A stretch of DNA of 64,000 nt, taken from NCBI GenBank assembly GCA_964187785.1, contig OZ076409.1:57786001-57850000 (forward strand), read 5' to 3'. Every line of letters starts with the position of its first letter. Position 1 is the first letter of the stretch. The position numbers and the translations under genes are program-made. The stretch comes from Amphiscolops sp. MND2022. Its lineage: Eukaryota. This document shows, one piece after another, positions 14,046 through 26,515 of the stretch. The notes beneath the pieces are model-generated. The model made no database searches and had not been told where the DNA came from. It was given only the letters and a program-made list of their open reading frames with translations.

Positions 14046-14685
14046 AACAAGACGGGAACGTCTAAAGTCGGCGCTATATATAAGGCTCGAAAAGCGCAAA
14101 ACATTTTTTTGGAAAAAACTTGAGATTTTCGAAAAAATTTTTTCTTTCCGAAAATGTCGAAATGTCGCACAGTGCCTAAAAATGTAAAAGAGGGGACCCT
14201 TTTTGATTTCCCAACATGCATTCTGTTGCAAAATAACAAAAAACTCAAAAGGGAGACCCTTTGGGGACATTAAAAAATTTTCGAAAAAAAGTAGCACAGT
14301 GCCGAAAAAAATCAGAAAGGGGGACCCTTTAGCCTCGGCCGGTTTTGTAAGTTACGTTAAAAAAGTAAAAAATGAAAGGGGGGACCATTTGGAGACAAAA
14401 AAATTTCGAAAAAAAAGTCGCACAGTGCCGAAAAAAATTCGAAAGGGGGGACTCTTTAGTCCCGTCCGGTTTTGTAGGTTACCTTGAAAAAGTAAAAAAA
14501 ATGAAAGGGGGACCTTTTGCACTAAGTTTGCCTTGGCCCCTTTGCCGGACTGTGCGCCTTAGGTGGTTTCAGGATTGTTTCAAAAAGTAGACCGATCAGT
14601 GTGAGGATTGTAGTCTGAAGAAAAAAAACAGTCACTGCTATAGTCGGCCATTTTTCCCTTAACGGAAAAGCGCCGACTAAAAAAC
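14046..14685 (+). mobile_element. Same Helentron/DINE-like family, copy 4
   Basis: AACAAGACGGGAACGTCTAAAGTCGGCGCTATA ... AAAAGCGCCGACTAAAAA. Confidence 0.6.
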
Positions 14686-14789
14686 AGTCACTGCAATAGT
14701 CGGGCATTTTTCCGACTAAGAAATCACGTTTTTGTATTGGCACATCAAAAAATCACGTTACCGATTCTCAACAAACTCACCTAAACGAG

Positions 14790-17700
14790 ATGACAACAGA
14801 CGAGGAAACAATATATCAATTGTAGTGACTGTTTGGGCTTAACACTTCGAACCGGAGCGAAACAAAAGAGAACCGAACAAAGCAGACAAAGATGTATGGA
14901 CACGCAAATTGCAGGTGGAATGAAGCTAAATTTTCAATCGTCATACTGGCAGAGATAATTGCATCCTTGACCTTCAAAAATTTCTGACCTTGTTGGGCAG
15001 ATCAACAGGAAAAAGATCGAAAAAAGTGACATGACCAGCGGAACCATCATAAATATAATACATGAGGGAATGTAATATCAATTAAACAATTCAAACAACT
15101 CAAACGACAGAGGAAGGGTAACAATTGTCCAACAACGACCCTACAAAGAAATTGGTCAAAAAACCTAGTCACGCACGAATGAAGGAACAACCGGATAATC
15201 AAAGTTTCAGACAAAAAGATAACCGATATGAACATTGCAGCGCACCAGAGTGGACATTTCAAAACATATGCTTGCAAACTTGGCAGATTGCAGGGACTGC
15301 GAAACAAAAGGACAACATGAAAAGATGTGTAGATCTCTAAAATGAGTACGAGACATGCAAAGCATGATGTCGTCGGCGGATGAAGGCAACCGGGATTACA
15401 ACATATTTCAGAAAACAAACAGCAACAAACGGGAGAAGGTATTCTACAATGTAACACTTTTAGTCAAAAACCTGCCAATAAATTTCATAATCGACAGCCA
15501 ATCACCAGTTACATCAAACAGTAACTGCCTATTCAACAAAATAACTAAAGTAGAAACAAGTTCTTGGTTGATGTTAACAAACACGAAATCGAGTTCAATA
15601 TCGATCACAATCGAAAAAACCAAAGCAGTGGTCGAAACAAACAAGAAAACAATTTGCTTACAGTTACTAATAACAAAAATAAACGAAATGTCACCTTTAT
15701 TGGGATTGGATTGGATGCCATTAGAGTGCACAGGCAAGCCTTATTTGCTCAAAGCGCAACATAGTGCGTTCAATATCTCGGATTCCACAACCATAGCTTT
15801 AACAGTGCAAAACTGGCAAATTACGTCATTTGTCCCGGATTCCACGGATTTAGTCGTGGATTCCAGTAACAAATGCTTAGCTGTACGAACTGTCGGCATG
15901 CAGCGGTGTCCCGGATTCCACAAAAACGTAAGTTTTGCGAACTGAACCAATCAGATTGCAGAAATCATAAATTTCCTGGATTCCACGACTTTATGCTTGA
16001 CGCGATACGCGGCATCTCTTCTTTAATTAAATTCAAGTGGTAGACTGAACAAACATAATATTATGCACTACTTTTCGTATATTAATTCAAAATGATTCAG
16101 ACAATCACACCAATATCACACAAAATTTTTGTATTTTCAAGTTTAGTTCATCACAATCTGCCATTTTTGATGACATGCTTCAATTTTGGTACAAGTCACG
16201 AGTATCTCTATTCGTACTTCTTGGATTTTTGTGTCAATCAAAACAATTTCCTTTGATATAAGATTGATTTAATTCAAGTTCTTCTGCCTTTCTAATAATG
16301 ATCATGCAAAATGAATATTATATTACACAAATATTCGTATTTTAAAGTTTAGTAGCAGTTTTGAACAAACTGCCAGATCATCACAATCTGCCATTATTTG
16401 AAGACATGCTTCAATTTTGGTACCAGTCACGAGTATCTCTATTCGTACTTCTTGGATTTTTCGTGTCAATCAAAACAATTTCCTTTGATATAAAATTGAA
16501 TTAATTTAAAAAGATTATTCAAAATCAGCGGACCAATCAGAGAGCAGCGGCAAAAGTGTCATTATAGCAGCAGTATTGGCGTGGAATCCAGGACAGGCAC
16601 TGTCGTGGAATCCAAGAAACGCTTAACATCAAAGAAATTTTGTCCTGGATTCCACGACTTTTCTCAATTTTCGTGTCCCGGATTCCACGAAAAGCAGCGA
16701 AAAGCTTGCCTGTGCACTGTGATGGCAACAATTGCAAAAAAATCACATCGGAACACGAAGACGACAAAATACAAATCAATACCATAAAATGGGTACTGCC
16801 GAGAAAAAATATCATCAATCTGCAAAAAGATTTCAGAGAATCGTTTTACAATAAAATTGATATAAAGAAGCTGTCAGTAAGCTAACATTTGAAAAAGCGG
16901 TAAGACCAAAATTACCGAAGGGCCGTCTAATTACACAATTACACCTTCAAGATCAAATAGCAAAAGAACTAAAACGATCACTAGAGCATGGGTTTTCGAA
17001 AAAAGCAACTGAAACCACAGAAGTCTGCTTAGTGAGCCCCAAATCAGTAAGAGTGACAAATCGACAAAAAGATCAATAAGGAATTTAAACGAAGTAACGA
17101 ACGAAACAACGAACGATGATAAACTACTGAAGACACTTGTGTGACTGGAGATAAAGACAACGGAACAGATAAAAAAAACACTTAAAAAAAATTGTGTTTC
17201 CACTATTGAAAAACACATAAAACCTATGTTTCAGAACCCACTTCTAAAAGGGTGGGAAAGCCAGGAGGGACAGACGGGAGATTCCCACTGATGACGATCG
17301 AAAACACACGAAACACAAGCAGTAGAAAAACTGACAACTGAATACAAAGAATGAAACAGAATCCCATTCCTCGAAGAAGACCTATTCCAGTCACTTTTCG
17401 AGATGGGAAACACTAACACAAGCACGGTGTATGGACGAGGCAAGAAAAAACTAATCCGAGACAGAACATGAAAAATACTGAACGAGATCAAAGTGCTTTT
17501 GCATTTAAAAGCATGACCGAAGGACAGCCAGCACAAAAATAAAAGAGGTCCCTGATGACATAATCGTGGTGGATTGAAACGTTAATACCGATTCCACAAA
17601 AACAGAATGTTTAGATAATTCAAACATAACTGATAACAAAAACAATGTCGAAATGATAACACGAAATTCTACGAGAATAAAATTCAGAAATCCAATAGTT

Positions 17701-17830
17701 CGTTATGGAAACCCAATAACATTTTGACCATTCCCGGTAACGCTGTTGACAAATCGAATAGAAAATGAAATGAGCCCAATCAAGAGAGTAAGCAGTCGCG
17801 ACTGGAGGAGAGAGAGAGAGAGAGGTGGTG
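14790..17830 (+). pseudogene. Decayed Gypsy gag/protease/pol remnant interrupted by a MITE
   Basis: NFIIDSQSPVT (degenerate DSG protease motif) and PLLGLDWM in ORF 15355; purine tract near 17805-17825; boundaries approximate. Confidence 0.55.
15724..16719. mobile_element. Tc1/mariner-type MITE nested in the retroelement remnant
   Basis: TA|GAGTGCACAGGCAAGC ... GCTTGCCTGTGCACTG|TG; internal GGATTCCAC repeats and a duplicated ~130-bp block (16148 and 16378). Confidence 0.75.
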
Positions 17831-17841
17831 ACGACAGAGCA

Positions 17842-18558
17842 TACCCTAGTTGAAAGTGCCCGAAAGTTTTACATGCTTTTTATAGGTTGCAAGGCTAATT
17901 TATTAGGTTTTTGGGAGCTGCTTAGAGAAGTTTTCATGCTCAAAATTTTCATGCTGCGTCACTAACTTTTAAAGTATTTATCAAGATTTCTTTACAATTT
18001 AGCGGGTTTTCAGAGTAACATCAAGGAAATTAAAGACAAATTCCACGCGAAAATTTGTAGGTTTTCGTGGGCAAGGCCTCGAATTTTGTAAGCACAGACA
18101 CTACAATATGACGTAAACAAATAGTCAACCAGTGCCCGTGTGGCAAACAACTTCGTATTACTGGAATTTTTTTCGAAGGATTTTTTTTCTTTACATGCAA
18201 ATTGTTGGAATAGGCAATATTCATCAAATTTAGGGTTTGGAAAAACAAAAACATTTTCATATAGAAGTTCTATACGCTGTTTTTAGGAACTACTTTAGAA
18301 CGGAATATCGAAATTAAACGGTTTTGATTGGCTGAAATTTCAAATATTTTTTGAACAATTTCAGCTACGAAGATGTTTGGAAAATGTAGAGTACTAACAA
18401 AAAACCCTATTTAAAGTTTTTGCGAGCTTTTTTGATGGAGTTTTTTGCATGAATTGAAAAATTTTGTGTTTTTCGATGAAAAAATTTGACAAAAATTTCG
18501 GAAACCAAAAATTCTAATTCAAGAAATTCAGTCAAATATTGGCAATCGTATTTCATTT
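17842..18558 (+). repeat. Dispersed ~720-bp repeat; inverted copy of 5035-5753
   Basis: See 5035-5753. Confidence 0.8.
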
Positions 18559-18559
18559 G

Positions 18560-18965
18560 AGGGGAGCGGAATAATATCTAAGGAATAATATCTAAAACGA
18601 TTTCGGGAATAATATCTAAAACTGACATGGCTGAAATCATTTTTCGGGAATAATATCTAAAGTTTTAGATACTATTCCCGGTTCGAAAATGGACGTATTC
18701 AAATTTCAATAGTTTTGTCGAGTACTTCAGGTCAAAATGGAATTCGAAAAAATTGAAGGTAGTCGCAAGGGTTCTTTCATCTATTGTGCGAATGGATACA
18801 TTTACACCAAAAACAACGAGTATAAAGGTAAAATCAACTTGCGATGCCATTCTTACAAAAAAGGTTGTTGTGGCACAGTCGCTGTTGAAAATGGAATTTT
18901 TTTCGAAAATCAACCCCACACATGCCAAAAATCCAGATGAAATCCAAAAGATCAAAATCTAATTT
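18560..18965 (+). pseudogene. 5' end of a Mutator-like (MULE) transposon: TIR repeats plus FLYWCH zinc-finger fragment
   Basis: GGAATAATATCTAA arrays, then ORF 18737-18940 (GYIYTKN...LRCHSYKKGCCG...QPHTC) matching the FLYWCH pattern typical of MULE transposase N-termini; truncated. Confidence 0.65.
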
Positions 18966-20336
18966 TCGGTGCAAAAGCACTTTGATCTCGTTCAGTATTT
19001 TTCATGTTCTGTCTCGGATTAGTTTTTTCGGAGGTATACCATCGACACTAAAACAACTCGACAACCCTGTGCTGAGAAGCATACTGTTAAAACCAAAACA
19101 ATTTGATCATCCAGTCGGTGCTTAGTATTTTCCGCCCACATAAATGGGGGAGGAAAATCATGATCTGTGACGCGTTTTTTTTAAAATTCTGCCAAAACTC
19201 CACTTTACCTATTTGTTAAACCTGATAAAGGTGGAATTTGACAGCCTTTTCAACAAATCACCTTTAACAAATTATTATCATGACAACGCAGTACCTGTAC
19301 AATACTATATTTTGAGGCAAAAGGATGATCTATTCACTTAACCTTAACTTTTATAGCATTCAGAATAGATAATTAGGAAACACTTATTTTTCTTTCATTC
19401 CAGTATTTGCCCATTACAACAGGCCCATTTTAAAAATCGTGTGAAGAAAAAAAATTGCGTGATTATGAAATCAATTAGTTCAACATTTCAACGTTGAAAC
19501 AAAGTAAAAAATGCTCTCAATTTTACGTCTAGTTTTGAATAAGTGGTGTTTTGGTCGAAGCAAGAACCCTGATAAATTGGCAAATTGTCCAGGCACCTGA
19601 GTGAAATTGCCAAAAAATTACAAACGGACAAAAAAACGAAAATCTTTCGTCCAAACGAGCCCAATAAAATACATGTGTCTGTTTAATACCAAATTGTGGA
19701 TTGTGGAAAAGAGTTCCACACCCGAGTTCCACACTGTTCTAGAGACATCGAGGATCTTTTTGCTTCTTGTAGTTTCGCCGTATCCAAGTAATGAAAGACA
19801 GTTACACAAAGCTTGCCAGTTTGAAAAAAAGTCAGTATTCTAATCTTGCTGGAGGGGACTCTTTCTTGTTTCAGTTTAAAATGATAATACGGTAGGATCT
19901 AAAAAAGCGGAAAAAGTTTATAATGATTATACGGTAGGATCTAAAAAAGCGGAAAAAGAATGGAGATGGTAAGGTTTCTCCTGGTAATCCACCAGGCCAT
20001 TCCGGCGGAAAGTGACCAAATTTGCGATAGGTCTATCGGTAGTAAATCATTGACAAGCCACCATTACTGATTAATTCATTTTCTTTCCTTCTATAGAATT
20101 CATTGCGTGTGACAGTCAACGATGTTTTGACCATTTGGACGCGAGAATTCGACGAGTTGATTCAACCCGACAAAAAAACGGACTCGCCGTATTACAAGAA
20201 TTCAAGCGGATCCAAATTTTTGCGTTTTCAGTTTGTGTTAAGATTGCCGCTCTTGACAGAACTCAGCATTCCGGATTATAGGATTCATTCCGAGATTGTC
20301 ACCTGAGAATTCGATTCAATCACTGAGTCATAGCCT

Positions 20337-21157
20337 ACCTGGGTTGACCCTCTTACTAGCACCTTGGCTGTCTTGACAAGATCTTGCCAAATTCGTCCTA
20401 CATCTTGGCAACCATGAATCCCATGGCAAAATTTCTATTAAGATTTTACTAAGATGAAAACATTATTCCAATGATCGTATCTTAAGATACCACGATGAAC
20501 AAAATTCTAAGATTATAAAGAACACTATACCTTCGGTACACGCAGCCGAGACACAATCTAAAGGCGCATTTCTTCCAACAACGACTATTTCTACTCGTTT
20601 TCATAATCAAAATGCTCCAACCTGCTGAAAAAAAATTGCATGCAAAAATGTGTGCAAAATTACGATAACGTATTCTGGCTTCCGAAGTTCTGACAAGAAT
20701 CCTAATAACTCCATAACTCCTATTTAGATAACCGGAAATTTTTGTATATTAATAGTTCCAGCGTTCTTTGAGCACGCTACAGCATTCCTATTACTGCTAG
20801 AAACCCTGGTCAATGCCCCGGTTTGGGGTAGTGATTCAGCTCGAAGCTTTTCTGACGCCGTTGTTGGCGACAGTTTTGCAATTGATAGAGCAATTTAATC
20901 AATGCCTCCCTAAATAAACAGCATCAAAGCTTTCAATCAAATTTTATTCCTTGCTAACAGAAAATTATCATGAAAATGAAAACGATGTAAATCTGCATAG
21001 ATGTTGATTTTTGTTGACATCCTTTGACAAAATAGGATTTTTCATGAATTTTTTTTTGAGAACATGGCTCTCTTGATAAGATTTTACCATGAAAAAATAA
21101 ATACCGTGCCAAGATCTTGCCAAGATCTTACTAAGATATCCATGGAGGGTCAACCGG
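20337..21157. mobile_element. MITE of the same family (longer copy)
   Basis: CCTGGGTTGACCCTCTTACTAGCA ... GATATCCATGGAGGGTCAACCGG. Confidence 0.75.
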
Positions 21158-23874
21158 TGTAATCAAACACTAACTGCAATTTGAGCTGTCTGAGAATGGA
21201 CTTCTTCTCTGAAGGTAATTACAATTGACGAATAACTTCATCAATCTAGGAAGTATTCAATTCGAGTCAATTCAGTTTCCTGGAAAAACAATCTCGCTCA
21301 GTTTTCTTGCCAATTAATCATACTTTAGGTCTGTCAAATCCTTGGTTAGGGAATCAAAACCACCAAGAAGAAATAATGAGCAGAAGTAAGTCGGAAACAG
21401 TAGTAATCCCGCCCCAGTTGCAAAAGCAGTCAAAATTTCGTTTCCCTTTTCTTCTTTAGAATCATCTCAAAACTGGCAAAAAAACTAATTTTCATGGAAA
21501 AAATTTCAAGTACAACGGCATTGCATGTATTTTAAAGAAACTAGTTAAATGTAAATCTAACCTTGAATAAATAAACTAGGCTTGATAAATTTGTAAAATG
21601 ATAGTGCTTATATTCTCATACCTTAAGGCATTTTGCCATTTCATCAATTGCAAAGGTAAAATTAGAGTGTTAAAAAATTGTTGATTCATGTAAGGTCAAA
21701 GCCAGAGACTTGGTGGGAAGCAAAAAATGGGAAATAAAGACAAATAAACCAATTTTTTTAAAGCTCAAGTTTGAATCAATTAATTCAATTTGTTTATTTA
21801 TGAGGTCTCAATGGCAAACATCTAATCACGTGGAACACTTGGGGACAGGTGCTTGGAAAATTTCTGTAAATTTACAAGATAATAGCCAGTTGAGAAAATT
21901 GTAGAGATTGGATTTCAATTCTTCAAGTGAATTGAATCCTCAACGGTATAAATAATTCCTTCTCAGGGATAAATCTTTACGTGGGCAAAACTGATATCGA
22001 TTGTAGCAAAATGTCTACAACATATAGAAAATTAATGAGGGCTAAGAATTGCTTCAGTTTCAAATGATACCTATCTTGAGTTCCATTTGAAAGACTATCT
22101 TAAGGTAACTTAATTTGACGTAATGGACAACTACAATTCATGAACAATTCATGTAAATATCAGCAAAAGATTTGAATTGGGCCGTGCGTGGTTCGTAAAA
22201 TATATCGACAATCCAAAACGAGAAAAATAATTCGTGGAAAACAAACTAGATTTGTTCTTATGTTTCTACAATCTTGTAACAAGTGAAAGTTTTCTAAACA
22301 AATCTCACAATACCGAGCATGACAAACTTTACAGAGCAGTTCTGCCGAAAATGAACAAAATCAGAACAAATTGCGGGAAACATTTACCGCTAGTACTGGA
22401 ATGCCAAAATTCAGATTTATCAAAGGTTGAGAAAAACTATCAAACGTCAATTTGGGCAAATTTTCTATAATAAGAAATGGAATCGAACTCAATTAAAGAA
22501 AAATAAACAATGAGAATTGGACAAAGAGGATACAAAGGAAGTCTCGACATTAATTTGGATCCAATTAGCGATTCTATGCTCGGTCTCTAAACTCTCAAAA
22601 CAATTTTTTTAAACGGACTTAAAAGGAAAAAATTGTCTACAATGAGAGACAAGCTAGAATGAAATAAATGGAAAAAGAATAGCGATTGAACTCTATTTTT
22701 TAAATTAAATTACCCTATAGCAAAATCAATGTATTATTCTTCCTTGATACTCTGAAAAAAACGTTCGTAGAGAACCATGTCTGGATTTGTTTTAAAAATG
22801 CGGATCTGTTGATGAATATCTTAACGGGGCGTTTGGGCATTTTTATGGATTCGAATTTAAAACAGAATTGAACATGGAAGCCATGAAGCTTATAATTCTC
22901 GACACGTTTTCGGGTTCAAAAATGCCAGTTTTTTTCTCATTTTAACATTGCCGGAGCCTAAACTGCTGACCTAAAGAAACAAAATACTAACCCAAATAGG
23001 AACTCTAAAAGCTGTTATTACTCGAGCTGCTTTCAATGGATTCAATTAACGTAATTGACAAAATTAATAATAAGTTTATGACGTTCCAATTTGAAATATA
23101 GTACACAAGTCGGAAACTTTTCAATTTATATACTGACTACTGGTTGTAAAAAAATGAAGCCTCGAGATAAAAGACCCATTAATTGAGCAATAAGGTACTG
23201 AAGGCGGTTTCAATAGCCCTTATCCATTAAGCCTTGAGATAAAAAAAATTCATGGTGTAATATTGGACAAAGTGTAATCTTGAGCAAGTTGTTATAACTA
23301 GTCCAGTTAATAATGGACCCAGACTTACGAATTGATCTTACCAGGGTACTTAACAACGAATTTTCTCATGCTTCAAAAATTTATTTTTCTTCGTGTACGG
23401 GAAATTGTCAAAGATAACAAAAAAATTTAATAACCTTCCGATCGGAAAATGGAAGGACGAAAAAATTTAATAACCTTTCGATCCATCGATGGATTATTCA
23501 TGCTCTGTCCTTGAAAAAAAATCCGGAAAAACAAAACAAAAACCGACTGAACTAACTCAATAACGGCGTGAATTTAAAAAAGAGGATGGTTAAATGTTGA
23601 GCAAACTGCATTTTTCTGCTAGCGGGAAACAAATCAATATTTGCCATTTTTATTTTTGAATTATTTTTGCCATCACCACAAAAAAACAGAACTATGAAAG
23701 TTGGTTCCTCAATTATGAACGTCATTCCAGAATGTTTTATTAATTGCCACCTTGCCAAAATCAGATATACTTGAGGCTTTGTTTTTTTTTAAAAAAAAAC
23801 AAAACGAGACAGCATTCAAAAAATGAAGCTGTCATTAATGATTTGTCGACAAATCAATCTTTGAATTAACCGTC

Positions 23875-25403
23875 TGTCACACCCACCAAGATGTGATGGC
23901 TCCGTGGTGCAACTCTAGAAAGGAACAAGCAACGGTACCTCCTAAATAAACTCTTTCGAACTCATGTGGACCCGTTGATAGTGTGTTTTCTTGTGCATTG
24001 TTTTCTTTAAAAAGTCATGTAAATATGATATTTATACTATATTTGCCATGAAAGAACTTTCATTGTTGTGCTAACAAACCCTGTCTTCCCATTAAGAGTC
24101 CTTATGTTGATTAAACAATGAGTTATCTCGCCATCTAATAGTATAACTCGCAAGTTTCTGACTCATCATCATCATCACCGTGATAATCTGCATTTTAGCA
24201 TAGTACTATTATACGGTATTATGCGGATCAAGGTGTGACGTATACTCGTCACTATACGGTTTTGATAATACCATTATGCGGTATTATGCGTTTTGAGGTG
24301 AGATGTATATACGGCATTATAGGTCTTTTATGATAACATTATGCGGCATCCTACGGTTCGAGTAAAAACGATTATACGTCATTATGCGGTTCTCGCAGGA
24401 ATTATTGAATGATCCCAGGACGCGTTCTAATAGCATTTAGAAAGTGTTTCAGCCATATTTAGAAGTTATTTTGAGATATTTTCCAGGGTTTTGCAGTTTC
24501 TTGTCCATAACCACTTCCCATGATGTCATGTAAATGTGCTATTTTTATAATATGAAGTCATTTGACGCAATTCTATTTTTGTGCTGGTTTTCATGATGAC
24601 TCTAATAAAAAGGGGTGTCATGATTTTTAAATATATTTCGTTTTGTAATATAATTGGAAGAATTCATTCAAGATTTGTCTTTCACCAAAAGCAGTTGCTT
24701 TTCAAATGATTGTAAACCTCTTCGATTTCATCACTGTAAACTCTCCGATCTTGTTCTTTTGAGATATTAAAGTCAATTCAAATTCTTCCCCAAAAGCCAG
24801 AAAACATTTTCACTTGAGACGAGATGGGAAATAGACGAAATAGACGGTCCAGAAGACTAGAAACTCCTTCCCCAGAGAGAAGTGTAGAAAGGACCCAAGT
24901 AGAAACGCCAAATACAGGTAATATAACTTTAACTAATCCTGATACTGTTGTCCAAGAAAATTTAGGTGAAAACAACATAGGAGAACAATTAGTCGAACCC
25001 AGTCAAATCAGCACTGAGATTCAAGCTTGGACCCAAATATTTGAACAAAAGAACAACGATAGAATAGAGAAAATGAGAGAAGAAATGGACAATAAACTTG
25101 AAACCATTCTCAGAGAAATAAAATCAAATAAAAGTGCTTCAATAGCAACAAACCCAAGGTCTGAAAATGATGAAACACGAAACATGCAACCTACGGGATC
25201 CAAAGGAAACAAGTCTATAGGAGTACACGCATCTAACAATGAAAATTCAGAAACTGAAGACGAAGATTTTCCTCTTAAGGCATCTAGAATGAAGGATCTA
25301 AAACATCCTGCAAAGCCTTTGTTTCGAGCTGAATCTGATGTAGACGTAACTATCCATTCAGACGAAGAGTCTGATGCAGAGAGCCTAGACGAGGATTATC
25401 ACA
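23875..25403 (+). repeat. 5' LTR
   Basis: Starts TGTCACACCC and ends GGATTATCACA. Matches 38506-40034 except for five substitutions found by eye (24052, 24178, 25028, 25069, 25113). Confidence 0.97.
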
Positions 25404-26515
25404 TGGTGACAGGAGCCAACCGAAAACTCCATAGACAAAGTTATCAAAAATCAAACGACACCATTGGATCCCACGCAGACCTCAATTTACCAAATTTGAC
25501 AACACAACCACCTGACCCAGTGAATCAAATTGCAATTGCAATAGAGAAATTGGCGAACAAAAATTCACAACCATCACTATTTCATCCCAAAAATATACTC
25601 ACCTTCAATGGAAAAAATGAGAAAAATGAAAAGTTCGAATACTTCGAAGACTTGTTTCACACAACACTTCGAATGCAACCAAACCTAACAGAGGACATGA
25701 AGATTAACCATTTTCATGCCCACCTCAGAGGTTTAGCCCTCAAAACATTTAAAAACATACAAAGGACACCAACAACAACCCTAGAAGACATACTCAAAGT
25801 CTTTCGCAGGAAATATGTCAAACCAGAGTCCAGTGCTTCTGCAAAACACAGATTCAACAGACTCTCATTTGACCCAGAACACCAAAAACTCCCGGATTTC
25901 TTAGAAGAACTCCAAGAAAGTGCTGAAAAAGCGTTTGGGGAGAACGCCCACCAAATGATAGAGAACCTACTCTACGCAAAAATGCCTCCCCATCTTAAAA
26001 AGTCCATCAATCAAGCCTATCTTGAAAATGGCACTTACGAACAAATTGTTAAGCATCTCGAACGAGAAATGGAGCTTAATGGTCTAGAGGCTGACGAACC
26101 TCTCGTCAAAACCCAAATGACTGTTACAAAAAAAGAACAAATCACTGAAAAAACTAACAAAAAACCAAATGACAAAGCCAAAAAACAAACTCCAAAAACA
26201 GTACCAGACAAAACCCTCAAGAATGATCAATGCCGTTACTGCAAGGAAACAGGCCACATGATGGCTGACTGCTCCAAATTAGCTAAACGGCGCAAACTTG
26301 AGGAAGACCCCGATGCGGAAAAATGCCACACCTGTAACACACCTGGTCACGATGAGGAAAACTGTTACTTCGGAGCCAATATGGAAAACCGCCCACCGAA
26401 ATGGAACCTGACAGAAGCACAAAAGAAAATTATAGAAGAATACAAACAAGCCAAAAAACCAATCAGACCAAAATCAGAACGATCTCAACAATCCTCATCG
26501 AAGGATTTAAACTAG
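24824..26515 (+). CDS. gag: Gag (563 aa) with two CCHC zinc knuckles; N-terminal 193 aa encoded in the LTR
   Basis: Open ORF; capsid-like region (FNGKNEK...FEDLF...HLRGLALKTF); CRYCKETGHMMADC (26231) and CHTCNTPGHDEENC (26324). Confidence 0.95.
   Translation: MGNRRNRRSRRLETPSPERSVERTQVETPNTGNITLTNPDTVVQENLGENNIGEQLVEPSQISTEIQAWTQIFEQKNNDRIEKMREEMDNKLETILREIKSNKSASIATNPRSENDETRNMQPTGSKGNKSIGVHASNNENSETEDEDFPLKASRMKDLKHPAKPLFRAESDVDVTIHSDEESDAESLDEDYHMVTGANRKLHRQSYQKSNDTIGSHADLNLPNLTTQPPDPVNQIAIAIEKLANKNSQPSLFHPKNILTFNGKNEKNEKFEYFEDLFHTTLRMQPNLTEDMKINHFHAHLRGLALKTFKNIQRTPTTTLEDILKVFRRKYVKPESSASAKHRFNRLSFDPEHQKLPDFLEELQESAEKAFGENAHQMIENLLYAKMPPHLKKSINQAYLENGTYEQIVKHLEREMELNGLEADEPLVKTQMTVTKKEQITEKTNKKPNDKAKKQTPKTVPDKTLKNDQCRYCKETGHMMADCSKLAKRRKLEEDPDAEKCHTCNTPGHDEENCYFGANMENRPPKWNLTEAQKKIIEEYKQAKKPIRPKSERSQQSSSKDLN
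25404..25421 (+). promoter_or_regulatory. Primer-binding site (possibly tRNA-Leu-like)
   Basis: TGGTGACAGGAGCC immediately after the LTR-terminal CA. TGG complements tRNA CCA. Resembles TGGTGTCAGGAG (complement of tRNA-Leu 3' ends) with one mismatch; tRNA identity is uncertain. Confidence 0.8.
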
